A stretch of DNA of 61,049 nucleotides, the filler included, from Basidiobolus meristosporus CBS 931.73 (Eukaryota; Fungi; Basidiobolomycota): assembly GCA_002104905.1 (NCBI GenBank). It is 3 parts of 3 records of this genome, joined end to end, with 100 filler letters (N's around TTAATTAATTAA, not from the genome) between each part and the next. Parts side by side here need not be neighbours in the genome. Positions count along the whole stretch, not along the records: positions 1 to 26,021 come from MCFE01000921.1; 2 more parts are not named here. The stretch is one strand, 5' to 3'. How positions within the stretch are numbered: position 1 is the first letter of the stretch; each line of letters opens with the position of its first letter. The translations under genes and the position numbers were made by a program. This document shows, piece after piece, positions 1 through 12,700 of the stretch. Below the pieces are notes generated by a model. The model was not told the origin of the DNA, did not search any database, and saw only the letters and a program-made list of their open reading frames with translations.

Positions 1-78
1 TATGAAAAATAACTGTGATGTTCCTGTTCCTGTCAAAGGCTGTGAAAAAATTGAAATCCCATGACCAAGAGGTATTGA

Positions 79-525
79 TGTTGTAAGAGTCTTGGAGATA
101 TTGGAAGTGATTGGGAGGACAAGTAGATTACGTGGTTTTCACTTAATGTTTTACTGAATGTAAAAGTAGTATTTATACTCTTACATGGTCTTGGCTTAAC
201 AAACACATAGAATAGGTTAAGGAAGGTCCCAAGAACATGTGTGCAGAGTTTGGGGCTGTTTGGACAACTCTGAGAATTTTCATGTTCTGGGTACCTGGTG
301 CTGTCTTGGCATAACAAACATGTAGAATAGGTTAAGAAAGGTCCCAAGAGCATGTGTGCAGAGCTTGGGGCTGTTTGGACAACTTTGAGAATCTTCATGT
401 TCTGGGTAAATATTCTAAGTAAATCCCAACAAGGAATTTAGTCAATATTCTCTAGGATTTGAAGGTAATGATCTAAGTGACTAAGTTAGGTGAATATTTA
501 GGTGGAGTTACAAATTTTTACAACA
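79..525 (-). repeat. Copia 3' LTR with an internal ~105-bp tandem duplication (447 bp vs 350 bp)
   Basis: Segment GTCTTGGC...CATGTTCTGGGTA occurs twice (about 188-292 and 303-408). Confidence 0.85.
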
Positions 526-536
526 CTCCCACTCAG

Positions 537-3500
537 CTAAATGCTCATACTGACTAGTCCTAATTTTGACCTAAGATATTCAAACTTGTCTCTAGCTAAT
601 GGTTTGGTAAATATGTCTGCAATCATTTCATCTGAAGGACAGTAATCTAAGCCAACTAAGTTATTCTCAACAGCTCCACATACAAAATGATGTCTAATAT
701 CTATGTGCTTAGTTCTAGCATGAAAAGTTGGATTTCTACCTAATTGTATACATCCTTGATTATCCTGAAATAAAGTAAAAGGCATTTTTTGACATGGGCC
801 TAAATCTGTAAAAGGCTTTCTTAACCACATTGCTTTCTTTGTAGCTTCACAGGCTGCCATATACTCTGCCTCTGTGGTAGAAAGTGCTATGATTGGTTGC
901 TTTCTTGAATTCCATGAAATTGCACCTTTATGGTAAAGAAAGGTATATCCTGTGGTGGATCTCCTGTCTTCCAAAATTTGCCCCCAATCAGCATCAGTGT
1001 ATCTCACAAGATCCTGTTCTGAGTCCTTATAAGTGTATCTTAAGCAGATATCAGCAGTTCTTTTTAGGTATCTAAAAATCTGCTTAACTGCTGCAATATG
1101 ATCAGATCCAGAGTTCTGATTATGTTGGCTGACAACTCCAACTGAATATGAGATATCTGGACATGCTCTAGGCATGATATACATTTGACTGCCAACCATA
1201 TATTGATAAGGAAAGTCAGGGCTTCCAGATGGCATCAAGTTAGCTTGATTTGGTTGAGTTTTGACCAAGTTAAGGTTTGTCTCCATTGGAGTAGCTGCCA
1301 GTTTACAGTCTTCCATTTGGTACTTCTTTAGTATATCTTGAATATACTTGGATTGGCTTAGGGTAATAGTCTGGGTACTTCTGTCTATGGAGAACTTAAT
1401 CCCTATGTTGTAACTGAGTTCTCCTAGATTGGACATCTTGAACTCCTTAGATAGGCTGGATTTTGTCTCTTCCAATGTTCCTAGATTATTGGTGGCTATA
1501 ATAAGATCATACACATATAGGGCTAATAGAGCTGGATTTGCTCTATCTGGCTTATAGTATATACTATAGTCAGCATTACTCCTTTTGAAACTCAGAGATT
1601 CCAAATAAGAATTTATCTTGCAATTCCAGGCTCTTGGTGATTGTTTGAGACTTTTTAGAAGCTTTTTAAGCTTGCAGACCAAATGGGTGTTATCTTGGTC
1701 AACAAACCCATCTGGCTGGTTTATATACACATCTTCATCAAGTTCTCCATTCAAAAATGCTGTTTTTACATCCATTTGATGAATAGAAAACTTTTACTTG
1801 GCTGCAATAGCCAATATTAATCTGATGGAATTAAACTTGGCTACCAGTGTAAAGGTCTCAGTATAGTCAAGTCCTTTTGTTTTATAGTATCCTTTGGCTA
1901 CAAGTCTTGCTTTGTATCTTTCAATTGAACCATCAGCCTTGTATTTTGTCTTAAAGACCCATCTGCATGTAATTGATTTGTGGTTGATTGGAAATTTGAC
2001 CAAGTCCCAAGTTTGTTTTCCATCAGGGCCTGATATTCCTCAGTCATGCAGATCTCCAAAGCTTTGTCTGAGGGCTATTTAGGACCTCTTTTACAGTCTG
2101 GGGTCTATCAATATGGACTGAATAGGCATAGGCTAAGTGTGTACCCTCATAGATAGAGTAGTTTGGGCTATTTCCTGTCTAATTGGATCTACAGGCATTT
2201 GATACTGGAATGATCACTTCTTGGATGTTCCTGTGCACTGCTTCAGGCTGAACCATGGTTGTAGAGTCCTCAGAAGTGAAAAAATTATCATTGTTTTGCT
2301 CTGATTTAATTCTGACAATAGGTGTACTTGAGATCAGATTTTTGTCATCATCTGGTGTCATTTTTTGTGGAAGTTCTGCATTTTGATCAAACAACACATC
2401 CCTGGACTTGATTAGCTTCTTTGCTTTGGTATTGTAGAGTCTGTATGTTCTACTCTCATTGCAGTAGCCCAAAAATATGCATTTTACGCTTTTTGGCTGA
2501 TATCTGGGCAGTTTCTTGACCTATGCTGTACACCCAAATATTCTTAGATGTTCTGCACCTGGTCTGTATCCATACCATACTTCAAATAGAGTAAAATCAA
2601 AAGTATTATGTTTTAACTCCTATTTTTAAGGTATACAGCTGTGGCAACTGAATCCACCCAAAATTATAGTAAGATATTGGATTATAGATCATAGATCTTG
2701 CTGTATCAATTAATGATCTGTTTGCAGCTCTGCTACTGCATTTTGCTGTTGGGAGTATGGTACAGTAGCCTCTTGCTTTATCCCATGAATTTTGCAGAAG
2801 TGGATGAAGAGTTTTGAGGTATATTCTCCACCATTGTCAGAGTGTATTTTCTTGATTTTTTCATCTGTTTCCCTCTCCACCATGGCTTTAAACTCCCTGA
2901 ACTTAGACAGAGCTTCTTCCTTTCTCCCCATGAGGTAGACCCACATGTATCTTGTACAGTCATCAATCAAGGTGATTAAATGCTTTATCCCACCTAAGGA
3001 TAAATTTGCATAGGTCCACACAGATCTGAGTGAATTAGATATATTCTTTTCTTAGTTTTCATCAGCCCAGAGCTCTTGAACAGTTGTCTTGCTTGTTTCC
3101 CCTATATGCAAGCTTCACAGTGCTCCAAATTAGCTGGGGGAGCAATTTTCACTCCAGAAATTAGCTGATCTTTGATCATTTTGCGCAAATACTCAAAATT
3201 GATGTGCCTAACTCTCCTGTGCCAAAGCATTGGTGTTTCTTCATTTAAGTAACACACATTGGCTTCCAAATATGCTGGAATATAAGTCAACTTGTATGGA
3301 TTCTGATCTCTGATACCCAAAGCAATATAGGTACCATTTTGAGCAGTGCTCCTGTCTCCAGAATTGTCAAAGCTGAAACTGAGTCCTTCTACAGTGGCCT
3401 TGCTTACAGATAGCAGGTTCTTGGCTATTTCTGGCACATAGAGTACTTCTTTGAAGGTCAGTGTATAGCTCCCTGCACTGCTTCTAAGGTTTACTTGGAT

Positions 3501-4440
3501 AGATCCTTCTCCCATTGCATCAAGTGTTCTATTGTCACCCATGAAAACCTTCTTGATTGGAATATCTTGATATTGGGTAGAAAGTTCTTTTTGGTGTGTA
3601 AAGTGCTGAGATGCTCCAGAGTCAATGTACCATGTCTGAGAATTCTTTTTTGTGGTCATACTTAATGCAAATTTGAATAGTCTATTTTCAGTTGTTGCAG
3701 TATTTCCATATTCAGGCTTCTTTTGCTCATTATCTCTCTTTTTGAGACACCAATCTGATGTGTCCTTTCCTTTTGCTGTAGTTGCAAAACAGGTTGCAAT
3801 TGCCTTTGTAAGGGCTTGGGTACCTCTTTAGCTGGTTATCATTGCTTATTAAAGCATTTTCTTCATCCTTCTTATAGGTGCTTGATTTTCTTAATTCTTC
3901 ATCCAGGAGCCTTCCATATGCATAATTTAGGGTCAAATCATCAGTTCTTGACATTAGGGCTGATACAAGGCCCTGAAACTTGACTGTCAGGATATTCAGG
4001 ATGGTTACCGTCACATCCTCATCAGTAGTTGTTACACCCACAGATTCCATATCATGTACCAGCAGGGTAAATCTGTTGATTAGATTTTTCATTTCTTCTG
4101 CTGGCTGCATCATTGTAGTAAAGAATTTTTGTCTCAGATACATTTTCTTAGCAGCTGTACATGACTGGTAGGTGTCTTCTAGTGCCTTTCAGACATTATT
4201 TGCTGTTTTTGCTCTTGAGCATTGAATTAGCAATTTGTCTTTAACATTAAGGCAAATGCAGTTAAAGACACTTTGTTCTTTCTTCCGGTACTTTAAGGCT
4301 TCCTCTCCCATGTTTTTAGGAGGGCATTCTTCTCCCATGAGAATATCCCAAAGGCATCTTTCTTGTGGCAGCATCTTCATCTTCTCCTTCCACACTTGTT
4401 GGTTAGATCCATCCCACTTTTCAGCAGAGGGAAATATTGC
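537..4440 (-). pseudogene. Frameshifted and stop-interrupted copia gag-pol
   Basis: ORF pieces WYIDSGASQH (protease), HSDNGGEY (integrase), [10 protein letters not shown] (RT), STTEAEY and ADIFTKPL (RNase H), collinear with the intact ORF but broken and partly deleted. Confidence 0.95.
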
Positions 4441-4799
4441 AGTAATAACTGTTGTAAAAATTCGTATTTTCCACCTAAATATTCACCTAACTTAGTCACT
4501 TAGATCATCATCTTCAAATCCTAGAGAATACTGACCAAATTCCTTGTCGGGATTTACTTAGAATATTTTCACCAAAATACCAGGTACCCAGAACATGAAA
4601 ATTTTCAAAGTTGTCCAAACAGCCCCAAACTTTGCACACATGTTCTTGGGACCTTCCTTAACCTATTCTACGTGTTTGTAATGCCAAGACCATGTAAAAG
4701 TATAAATACTACTTTTACATTCAATAAATCATTAAGTGAAAACCACATAATCTACTTGTTCTCCCAATCACTTCCAATATCTCCAAGACTCTTACAACA

Positions 4800-4811
4800 G
4801 GTTATGAGCCC
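4800..4811 (+). promoter_or_regulatory. Primer-binding site GGTTATGAGCCC (anticodon stem-loop of initiator tRNA-Met, half-tRNA priming)
   Basis: Directly abuts the 5' LTR; same type as yeast Ty5 and Drosophila copia. Also after LTRs at 10139, 15441 and 26361 (variants). Confidence 0.9.
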
Positions 4812-4830
4812 CGAGCGGTCACTCTCTGCA

Positions 4831-7800
4831 ATGTCTACTACTGCTATTACTGGAATTTTTCCCTCTGCTGAAAAGTTGGATGGATCTAACTACCAAGTGT
4901 GGAAGGTGAAGATGAAGATGCTGCTACAAGAAAGAGGCCTTTGGGATATTGTCATGGGAGAAGAATGCCCTCCTAAAAACGTGGGAGAGGAAGCCTTGAA
5001 GTACCAGAAGAAAGAACAAAGTGCCTTTAACTGCATTTGCCTTAATGTCAAGGACAAATTGCTAATTCAATGCTCAAGAGCAAAAACGGCAAAGAATGCC
5101 TGGAAAGCATTAGAAGACACCTACCAGTCATGTTCAGCTGCCAAGAAAATGTATCTGAGAAGAAAATTCTTTACTACAAAGATGCTGCCAGGAGAAGAAA
5201 TGAAAAATCTAATTAACAGAATTACCCTGCTGGTAGATGAGATGGAATCTGTGGGCGTACCAACTACTGATGAGGATGTGATAGTTACCATCCTGAATAG
5301 CCTGACAGACGAGTTTCAGGGCCTTGTATCAGCCCTAGAGTCCAGAACTGAAGATTTGACCTTAAATTACGTATATGGAAGGCTCCTGGATGAAGAATTA
5401 AGAAAATCAAGCGCCAATAAGAAGGAAGAAGAAAATGCTTTAATAAGCAATGATAACCAACAAAGGAGGTACCCAAGACCCTACAAAGGCAACAGCAACC
5501 TATTTTGCAACTACTGCAAAAGGAAAGGACACACATCAGACCGGTGTTTCAAAAAGAGAGATTATCAGCAAAAGAAGCCTGAATATGGAAATGCTGTAAC
5601 AACTGAAGATAGACTATTCATATCTGCACTAAATATGACCACAAACAAGGATTCTCAGACGTGGTATATTGACTCTGGAGCTTCCCAACACTTTACACAC
5701 CAAAAAGAACTTTTTACCCAATATCAAGAAATTCCAATTAAGAAGGTTTTCATGGGTGACGATAGAACACTTGATGCAGTGGGAGAAGGAACTATCCAAG
5801 TAAACCTTAGAAGCAGTGAAGGAAGCCATACACTGACCTTTAAAGAAGTACTCTATGTACCAGAAATAGCCAAGAACCTACTCTCTGTAAGCAAGGCCAC
5901 AGCAGAAGGACTCAGTTTCAGTTTTGACAATTCTGGATGCAGGATCACTGATCAAAATGGTGCCCATATTGCTTCGGGCATCAGAGATCAGAACCTATAC
6001 AAGTTGACTTATATTCCATCATATCTGGAAGCCAATATAAGTAACTTAAATGAAGAAACACCAATGCTTTGGCACAGGAGATTTGGACACATCAATTTTG
6101 ATTATTTGCGTAAAATGATCAAAGATCAGCTAATTTCTGGAGTGAAAATTGATCCCCCAGCTATTTTGGAGCACTGTGAAGCCTGCATATATGGGAAACA
6201 AGCCAGACAACCGTTCAAGAGCTCTGGGTTAATCAAAACTAAGAAAAAATTAGATCTAATTCACTCAGATCTGTGTGGACCTATGCAAAATTTATCCTTA
6301 GGCGGGATGAAGTATTTAATCACTTTTATTGATGATTATACAAGATACACATGGGTCTACTTCATGGAGAGAAAGGAAGAAGCTCTGTCTAAGCTCAGGG
6401 AGTTCAAAGCCATGGTGGAGAGAGAAACTGGTGAAAAAATCAAGAAAATACGCTCTGACAATGGTGGAGAATATACCTCAAAACTCTTCATCCACTTCTG
6501 CAAAATTCATGGGATAAAGCAAGAGACTACTGTACCATACTCCCCACAGCAAAATGGAGTAGCAGAACGAGCTAACAGATCAATAATTGATATGGCAAGA
6601 TCTATGATCCATGATCAAAAATTATCCTATGATTTTTGGGCGGAATCAGTTGCCACTGCTGTATATCTTAAAAATAGGAGTTATAACAGAATACTTCGTG
6701 ATTCTACTCCATTTGAAGCATGGTATGGATACAGACCAAGTGCAGAACATCTAAGAATATTTGGGTGTACAGCATATGCCAAAAAACTGGCCGGAAATCA
6801 GTCAAAATTTGAGCCAAAAAGTGTAAAATGCATATTTTTGGGCTACTGCAATGAGAGTAAGGCATACAGACTCTACAATACCGAAGCAAAGAAGCTGATC
6901 AAGTCCAGGGATGTGTTGTTTGATGAAAATTCAAAATTTTCACAAAAAATGACATCAGATGATGACGAAAATTTGATCTCAAGTCCACCAATTGTCAGGA
7001 TTGAATCAGAGCAAAACAATGAAAATTTTTTCACTCCAGAGGACTCTACAACCGTGGTTCAGCCAGAATCAGTGCCCAGGAATATCCCAGAAGTGATCAT
7101 TCCAGTATCAAATGCCCGGAGATCCAATCGGACAAGAAATAGCCCAAATTACTATATCAATGAGGGTACAAACTTAGCCTATGCCTATTCAGTCCATGTT
7201 GATGAACCCCAGACTGTAAAAGAGGCCCTAAATAGCCCTCAGACGAAGTTTTGGAGATCTGCAATGACTGAGGAATATCAGGCCCTGATGGAAAATCAAA
7301 CTTGGGACTTAGTCAAATTACCAATCAACCGAAAATCAATTGGATGCAGATGGGTCTTCAAGACAAAATACAAGGCTGATGGTACAATTGAAAGATACAA
7401 AGCAAGACTTGTAGCCAAAGGATACTCTCAAACAAAAGGACTTGACTATACTGAGACCTTTGCACCGGTAGCCAAGTTTAATTCCATCAGATTAATATTG
7501 GCTATTGCAGCCAAATATAAGTTTTTTATTCATCAAATGGATGTAAAAACTGCATTTTTGAATGGAGAACTTGATGAGGACGTGTATATGGACCAGCCTG
7601 ATGGTTTTGTTGACCAAGATAACCCCCATTTGGTCTGCAAGCTTAAAAAGTCACTATATGGTCTCAAACAATCACCGAGAGCCTGGAATTGCAAGATAGA
7701 TTCTTATTTGGAATCTTTGAGTTTCAAAAGGAGTAATGCTGACTATAGTATATACTATAAGCCAGATAGAGCAAATCCAGTTCTATTAGCTCTATATGTG

Positions 7801-8775
7801 GATGATCTTATTATAGCCGCCAATAACCTAGAAACATTGGAAGAGACTAAATCCAGCCTATCTAAGGAGTTCAAGATGTCCGATCTAGGAGAACTTAGTT
7901 ACTACTTAGGGATTAAGTTCTCCATAGACAGAAGTACCCAGACTATTACCCTAAGCCAATCCAAGTATATTCAAGATATACTAAAGAAGTACAAAATGGA
8001 AGACTGTAAACCGGCAGCTACCCCAATGGAGACAAACCTTAACTTGGTCAAAACTCAACCAAATCAAGAGAGCTTGGTGCCATCTGAAAGCCCTGACTTT
8101 CCTTATCAATCTATGGTCGGCAGTCTGATGTATATCATGCTTGGAACACGTCCAGATATCTCATATTCAGTGGGAGTTGTCAGCCAACATAATCAGAATT
8201 ATGGATCTGATCATATTGCAGCAGTTAAGCGGATTTTTAGATACCTAAAAGGAACTGCTGATATCTGTTTAAGATACACTTATAAGGATTCAGAACAGGA
8301 TCTTGTGGGATACTCTGATGCTGATTGGGGACGAAATTTAGAAGACAGAAGATCCACCACAGGATACACCTTTCTTTACTGTAAAGGAGCCATTTCATGG
8401 AATTCAAGAAAGCAACCAACCGTAGCACTTTCTACTACAGAGGCAGAGTATATGGCAGCCTGTGAAGCTACAAAAGAAGCAATGTGGTTAAGAAAGCTCT
8501 TTACAGATTTAGGCCTATGTCAAAAAACGCCTATTACTTTATTTCAAGATAATCAAGGATGTATACAATTAGGTAGAAATCCAACTTTTCATGCTAGAAC
8601 CAAGCACATAGATATTAGACATCATTTCATACGTGAAGCTATAGAGAATAACTTAGTTAGCTTAGTTTACTGTCCTACAGATGAAATGATTGCAGACATA
8701 TTTACCAAACCATTAGCTAGAGACAAGTTTGAATATCTTAGGTCAAAATTAGGACTAGTCAGTATGAACATTTAG
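4831..8775 (+). CDS. Copia Gag-Pol polyprotein (gag, CCHC knuckle, protease, integrase, RT, RNase H)
   Basis: CNYCKRKGHTSDRC; WYIDSGASQH; LWHRRFGH...CEAC; IHSDLCGP / RSDNGGEY / NGVAERANR; [11 protein letters not shown] and LYVDD; [31 protein letters not shown]. Integrase precedes RT (copia order). Start is ATG 4831 or the in-frame ATG 4804, not the ORF-track start inside the LTR. Confidence 0.98.
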   Translation: MSTTAITGIFPSAEKLDGSNYQVWKVKMKMLLQERGLWDIVMGEECPPKNVGEEALKYQKKEQSAFNCICLNVKDKLLIQCSRAKTAKNAWKALEDTYQSCSAAKKMYLRRKFFTTKMLPGEEMKNLINRITLLVDEMESVGVPTTDEDVIVTILNSLTDEFQGLVSALESRTEDLTLNYVYGRLLDEELRKSSANKKEEENALISNDNQQRRYPRPYKGNSNLFCNYCKRKGHTSDRCFKKRDYQQKKPEYGNAVTTEDRLFISALNMTTNKDSQTWYIDSGASQHFTHQKELFTQYQEIPIKKVFMGDDRTLDAVGEGTIQVNLRSSEGSHTLTFKEVLYVPEIAKNLLSVSKATAEGLSFSFDNSGCRITDQNGAHIASGIRDQNLYKLTYIPSYLEANISNLNEETPMLWHRRFGHINFDYLRKMIKDQLISGVKIDPPAILEHCEACIYGKQARQPFKSSGLIKTKKKLDLIHSDLCGPMQNLSLGGMKYLITFIDDYTRYTWVYFMERKEEALSKLREFKAMVERETGEKIKKIRSDNGGEYTSKLFIHFCKIHGIKQETTVPYSPQQNGVAERANRSIIDMARSMIHDQKLSYDFWAESVATAVYLKNRSYNRILRDSTPFEAWYGYRPSAEHLRIFGCTAYAKKLAGNQSKFEPKSVKCIFLGYCNESKAYRLYNTEAKKLIKSRDVLFDENSKFSQKMTSDDDENLISSPPIVRIESEQNNENFFTPEDSTTVVQPESVPRNIPEVIIPVSNARRSNRTRNSPNYYINEGTNLAYAYSVHVDEPQTVKEALNSPQTKFWRSAMTEEYQALMENQTWDLVKLPINRKSIGCRWVFKTKYKADGTIERYKARLVAKGYSQTKGLDYTETFAPVAKFNSIRLILAIAAKYKFFIHQMDVKTAFLNGELDEDVYMDQPDGFVDQDNPHLVCKLKKSLYGLKQSPRAWNCKIDSYLESLSFKRSNADYSIYYKPDRANPVLLALYVDDLIIAANNLETLEETKSSLSKEFKMSDLGELSYYLGIKFSIDRSTQTITLSQSKYIQDILKKYKMEDCKPAATPMETNLNLVKTQPNQESLVPSESPDFPYQSMVGSLMYIMLGTRPDISYSVGVVSQHNQNYGSDHIAAVKRIFRYLKGTADICLRYTYKDSEQDLVGYSDADWGRNLEDRRSTTGYTFLYCKGAISWNSRKQPTVALSTTEAEYMAACEATKEAMWLRKLFTDLGLCQKTPITLFQDNQGCIQLGRNPTFHARTKHIDIRHHFIREAIENNLVSLVYCPTDEMIADIFTKPLARDKFEYLRSKLGLVSMNI

Positions 8776-8786
8776 CTGAGTGGGAG
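8776..8786 (+). promoter_or_regulatory. Polypurine tract of the intact copia
   Basis: CTGAGTGGGAG immediately before the TG of the 3' LTR; conserved in sibling copies. Confidence 0.75.
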
Positions 8787-9601
8787 TGTTGTAAAAATTC
8801 GTATTTTCCACCTAAATATTCACCTAACTTAGTCACTTAGATCATCATCTTCAAATCCTAGAGAATACTGACCAAATTCCTTGTCGGGATTTACTTAGAA
8901 TATTTTCACCAAAATACCAGGTACCCAGAACATGAAAATTCTCAAAGTTGTCCAAACAGCCCCAAACTTTGCACACATGTTCTTGGGACCTTCCTTAACC
9001 TATTCTACGTGTTTGTAATGCCAAGACCATGTAAAAGTATAAATACTACTTTTACATTCAATAAATCATTAAGTGAAAACCACATAATCTACTTGTTCTC
9101 CCAATCACTTCCAATATCTCCAAGACTCTTACAACAATAACAGCAGTAGACATTGCAGAGAGTGACAGCTTGGGCTCATAACCTGTTGTTAGAGTCTTGG
9201 AGATATTGGAAGTGATAGGGAGGACAAGTAGATTATGTGGTTTTCACTTAATGATGTATTGAATGTAAAAGTAGTATTTATACTATTACATGATCTTGGC
9301 ATAACAAACACATAGAGTAGGCTAAAGAAGATCCCAAGAGCTTGTGTGGAAAGTTTGGGGCTGTTTGGACAACTCTGAGAATTTTCATGTTCTGGGTACC
9401 TGGTGTTTTAGTAAAATATTCTAAGTAAATCCCAACAAGGAATTTGGTCAGTATTCTCTAGAATTTGAAGGTTATGATCTAAGTGACTAAGTTAGGCAAA
9501 TATTTAGGTGGAATTATAATTCTTTTACAACAATTGACACCATTATGACACTGTAAAAATCATCAGAAAAAACTCTTCATCTCAATGGTTTGTAACTTGC
9601 T

Positions 9602-9788
9602 CTCTATGAGAAGTAATTTGGTACCCATGGGTGGATCCAATCCAGATTAGCTGTCAGGATCCTGCAATTAGGCTGTTATAATCCTGGTAGCTTAGAATTA
9701 TAGACACTATTGCCAATCTTAAAGCAAGATTGTGATAGTGTATTGCTGTTTCTATTGCCAAATACTGTACTAGACCTGATGGTGTTTC
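9602..9788. mobile_element. Terminal fragment of CACTA-like family X (transposase-distal end)
   Basis: CTCTATGAGAAGTAATTTGG...GTGGATCCAATCCAGAT matches the terminus at 37413. The opposite X terminus occupies 1-78 plus 9533-9600, split by the outer copia. Confidence 0.75.
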
Positions 9789-12700
9789 TGTTGTAAAAGA
9801 ATTGTAGTTCCACCTAAATATTCACCTAGCTTAGTCACTTGGATCATTACCTAAAAATCCTAGAGAATACTGACCTAATTCCTTGTTAGGATTTACTTAG
9901 AATATTTTCACCAAAATACCAGGTACCCAGAACATGAAAGTTAGATAAATTGTTCAAACAGCCCCAAACATTGCACACATGCTCTTGGGACCTTCCTGAT
10001 TTGATTCTACATATTTGTTAGGCCAAGAACAGGTAAAAGTACAAATACTACTTTTACATTCAATAAAGCATTAAGTGAAAACCACTTAAACTACTTGTCA
10101 TCCCAATCACTTCCAATATCTCCAAGACTCTTACAGCAGATTATGAGCCCTAAGCTATCACTCTCTGCAATGTCCACTACTGCTATTACTGGAATTTCCC
10201 CCTCTGCTGAAAAGCTGGATGGATCTAACTACCAAGTGTGGAAGATGAAGATGAGGATGCTGCCACAAGAAAAAGGCCTTTGGGATAATGTCATGGGAGT
10301 AAAATGCCCTCCTGAAGACATAGCAGAAGAATCCTTAAAGTACCAGAAGAAAGAACATATAACCTTTAACTGCATTTGCCTTAATGTCAAAGACAAGTTG
10401 CTAATTCAATGCTCAAGAACAACAACAGCAAAGAATGCCTGGAAGGTATTAGAAGACATCTACCAGTCATACTCAGCTGCTAAGAAAGTGTATCTTAGAC
10501 AGAAATTCTTTACTACAACAATGCTGCCAGGAAAAGAAATGAAAACTCTAATATCAGTATTACCATACTAGTGGATGAGATGGAATCTGTGGGCATATCA
10601 ACTACTAATGAGGATGTGATGGTAACCATCATGAATATCCTGACAGACAGGTTTCAGGGCCTTGTATCAGCCATAGAGTCCAGAACTGAAAATATGACCT
10701 TAAATTATGTATATGGAAGGCTCCTGGATGAAGAATTAAGAAAATCAAACAACAATAAGAAGGAAGAAGAAAATGCTTTGATGAGCAATGAGTGCCAACA
10801 AAGAAGATACCCAAGTTATTTTAAAGGCAATTACATCCTGTTTTGCAGCCACAGCAAAAGGAAAGGGAACACATCAGACTAGTGCTTCAAAAAGAGAGAT
10901 ATTTGGCAGATAAAGCCTAAATATGAAAATGCTGCAACAACTGAAAACAGACAATTCATATCTCCACTGAACATGACCACAAACAAGGATTCTCAGATAT
11001 GGTATACTGACCCTGGAGCATCTCAGCACTTTGCACACCAAAAAGACTCTTTACCCAATATCAAGATAATACAATAAAGAAGGCTTTCATGGGTGATGAC
11101 AGAACACTGGATACAGTGGATAAAGCAACTATCCAAGTAAACCATAGAAGCAGTGAAGGGAGCCATACACTGACCTTTAAAGAAGTACTCTGTGTGCCAG
11201 AAATAGCCAAGAACCTATTATCTGTAAGCAAGGCCACAGCAGGAGAACTCAGCTTCAGCTTTGACAATTCTGGATGCAGGAGCACTGCTCAAGATGGTGT
11301 TCATATTACTTTAGGTATCAGAGATCAGAATCTCTATAGGTTGACTTATAATCCATCATATCTGGAAGCCAATATAAGTAAATTAAATGACAAGACATCA
11401 ATGCTTTGGCACAGGAGATTTGGACGCATCAATTCTGATTATTGGCGCAAAATGATCAAAGATCAGCTAATTTCTGGAGTAAATATTGCTCTCCCAGCTA
11501 ATTTGGAGCACTGTGAAGCCTGCATATATGGGAAACAAGTCAGACAACCATTCAAGAGCTCTGGGTTAGTCAAAACTAAGAAAAGAATATATCTAACTCA
11601 GATCTGTGTTGCCTATGCAAAATTTATCCTTAGGCATGATGAATAATCAAATCAGTTGCCACAGCTGTATACCTTAAAAGTAAAAGCTATAGCAGAATAA
11701 CTTGTGCCTCTACTGCATTTGGAGCATTGTATGGACACCAACCAAGTGTAGAACATCTCAGAATATATGGGTGTACAGCATATGCCAAGAAACTGCACAG
11801 AAATCAGTCAAATTTGAGTCACAAAGTGTAAAATGCATATTTTTGGGTTACTGCAATGAGAGTAAAGCACACAGACTCTACAATACCAAAGCAAAGAATT
11901 AATTAAGTCTAGAGATGTGTTGTTTGATGGATATTCAAAATTTTTACCAAAAATGACTTCAGATGATGGCAAAAATTTGATCCCAGGCCCACAATTGTTA
12001 GGATTGGATCAGAGCAAAACAATGAAGTTTTTTTCACTCCAGAGGACTCTACAACCATTGTCAGCCAGAAGAAGTGCCCAAGAACATCCCAGAAGTGACT
12101 ATACCAGTATCAAAGGCCTGGATATCCAACCCAACAAAAAATATCCCAAATTACTATATCAATGAAGGTACAAACTTAGCCTATACTTATTCAGTCCATA
12201 TTGATGAGCCCCAGACCTTAAAAGAGGCCCTAAATAGCCCTCAGACAAAGTTTTGGAGATCTGCATTGACTGAGGAATATCATGCCCTGATGGAAAATCA
12301 AATTTGGGACTTAGTCAAATTACTAATCAACCAAAGATCAATTGGATGCTGGTGGGTCTTCAAGAGAAAATACAAGGCTGATGGTACAATTGAAAGATAC
12401 AAAGCAAGACCTGTGGTCAAAGAATACTCTCAAACAAAAGGACTTGATCTATACTAGGACCTTTGCCCTGGTAGCAAAGTTTAATTCCATCAGATTAATA
12501 TTTGCTATTGCAGCCAAATATAAGTTTTTATTCATCAAATGGTTTTAAAACTGCATTTTTGAATGGCAAACTTGATGATAGTATGTATATGAGTCAGCCT
12601 GATGGGTTTGTTGATCAAGATAACCCCCATTTGGTCTGCAAGCTTAAAAGATCTCTATATGGACTCAAGCAATCACTGAGAGCCTGGAATTGCAAAATGG

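Larger units (their letters stand above)
4450..9136 (+). mobile_element. Intact, young Ty1/copia LTR retrotransposon
   Basis: 350-bp LTRs 4450-4799 and 8787-9136 with one visible mismatch (AAAATTTTCAAAG vs AAAATTCTCAAAG); TSD ATAAC (4445-4449, 9137-9141); primer site, polypurine tract and an uninterrupted polyprotein ORF. Confidence 0.99.
79..9532 (-). mobile_element. Decayed Ty1/copia LTR retrotransposon (outer copy), interrupted by a younger sibling at 4450-9136
   Basis: TGTTG...CAACA LTRs at 9184-9532 (5') and 79-525 (3'); ATTGA on both flanks (74-78, 9533-9537); primer site reads GGTTATGAGCCC on minus just left of 9184; fragmented gag, protease, integrase, RT and RNase H ORFs at 537-4395. 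Confidence 0.95.

Noticed and set aside
4672-4830. ORF-track N-terminal extension of copia Gag starting inside the LTR
   Set aside because: Begins at a non-ATG codon in the LTR; its recurrence in sibling copies only reflects sequence homology.
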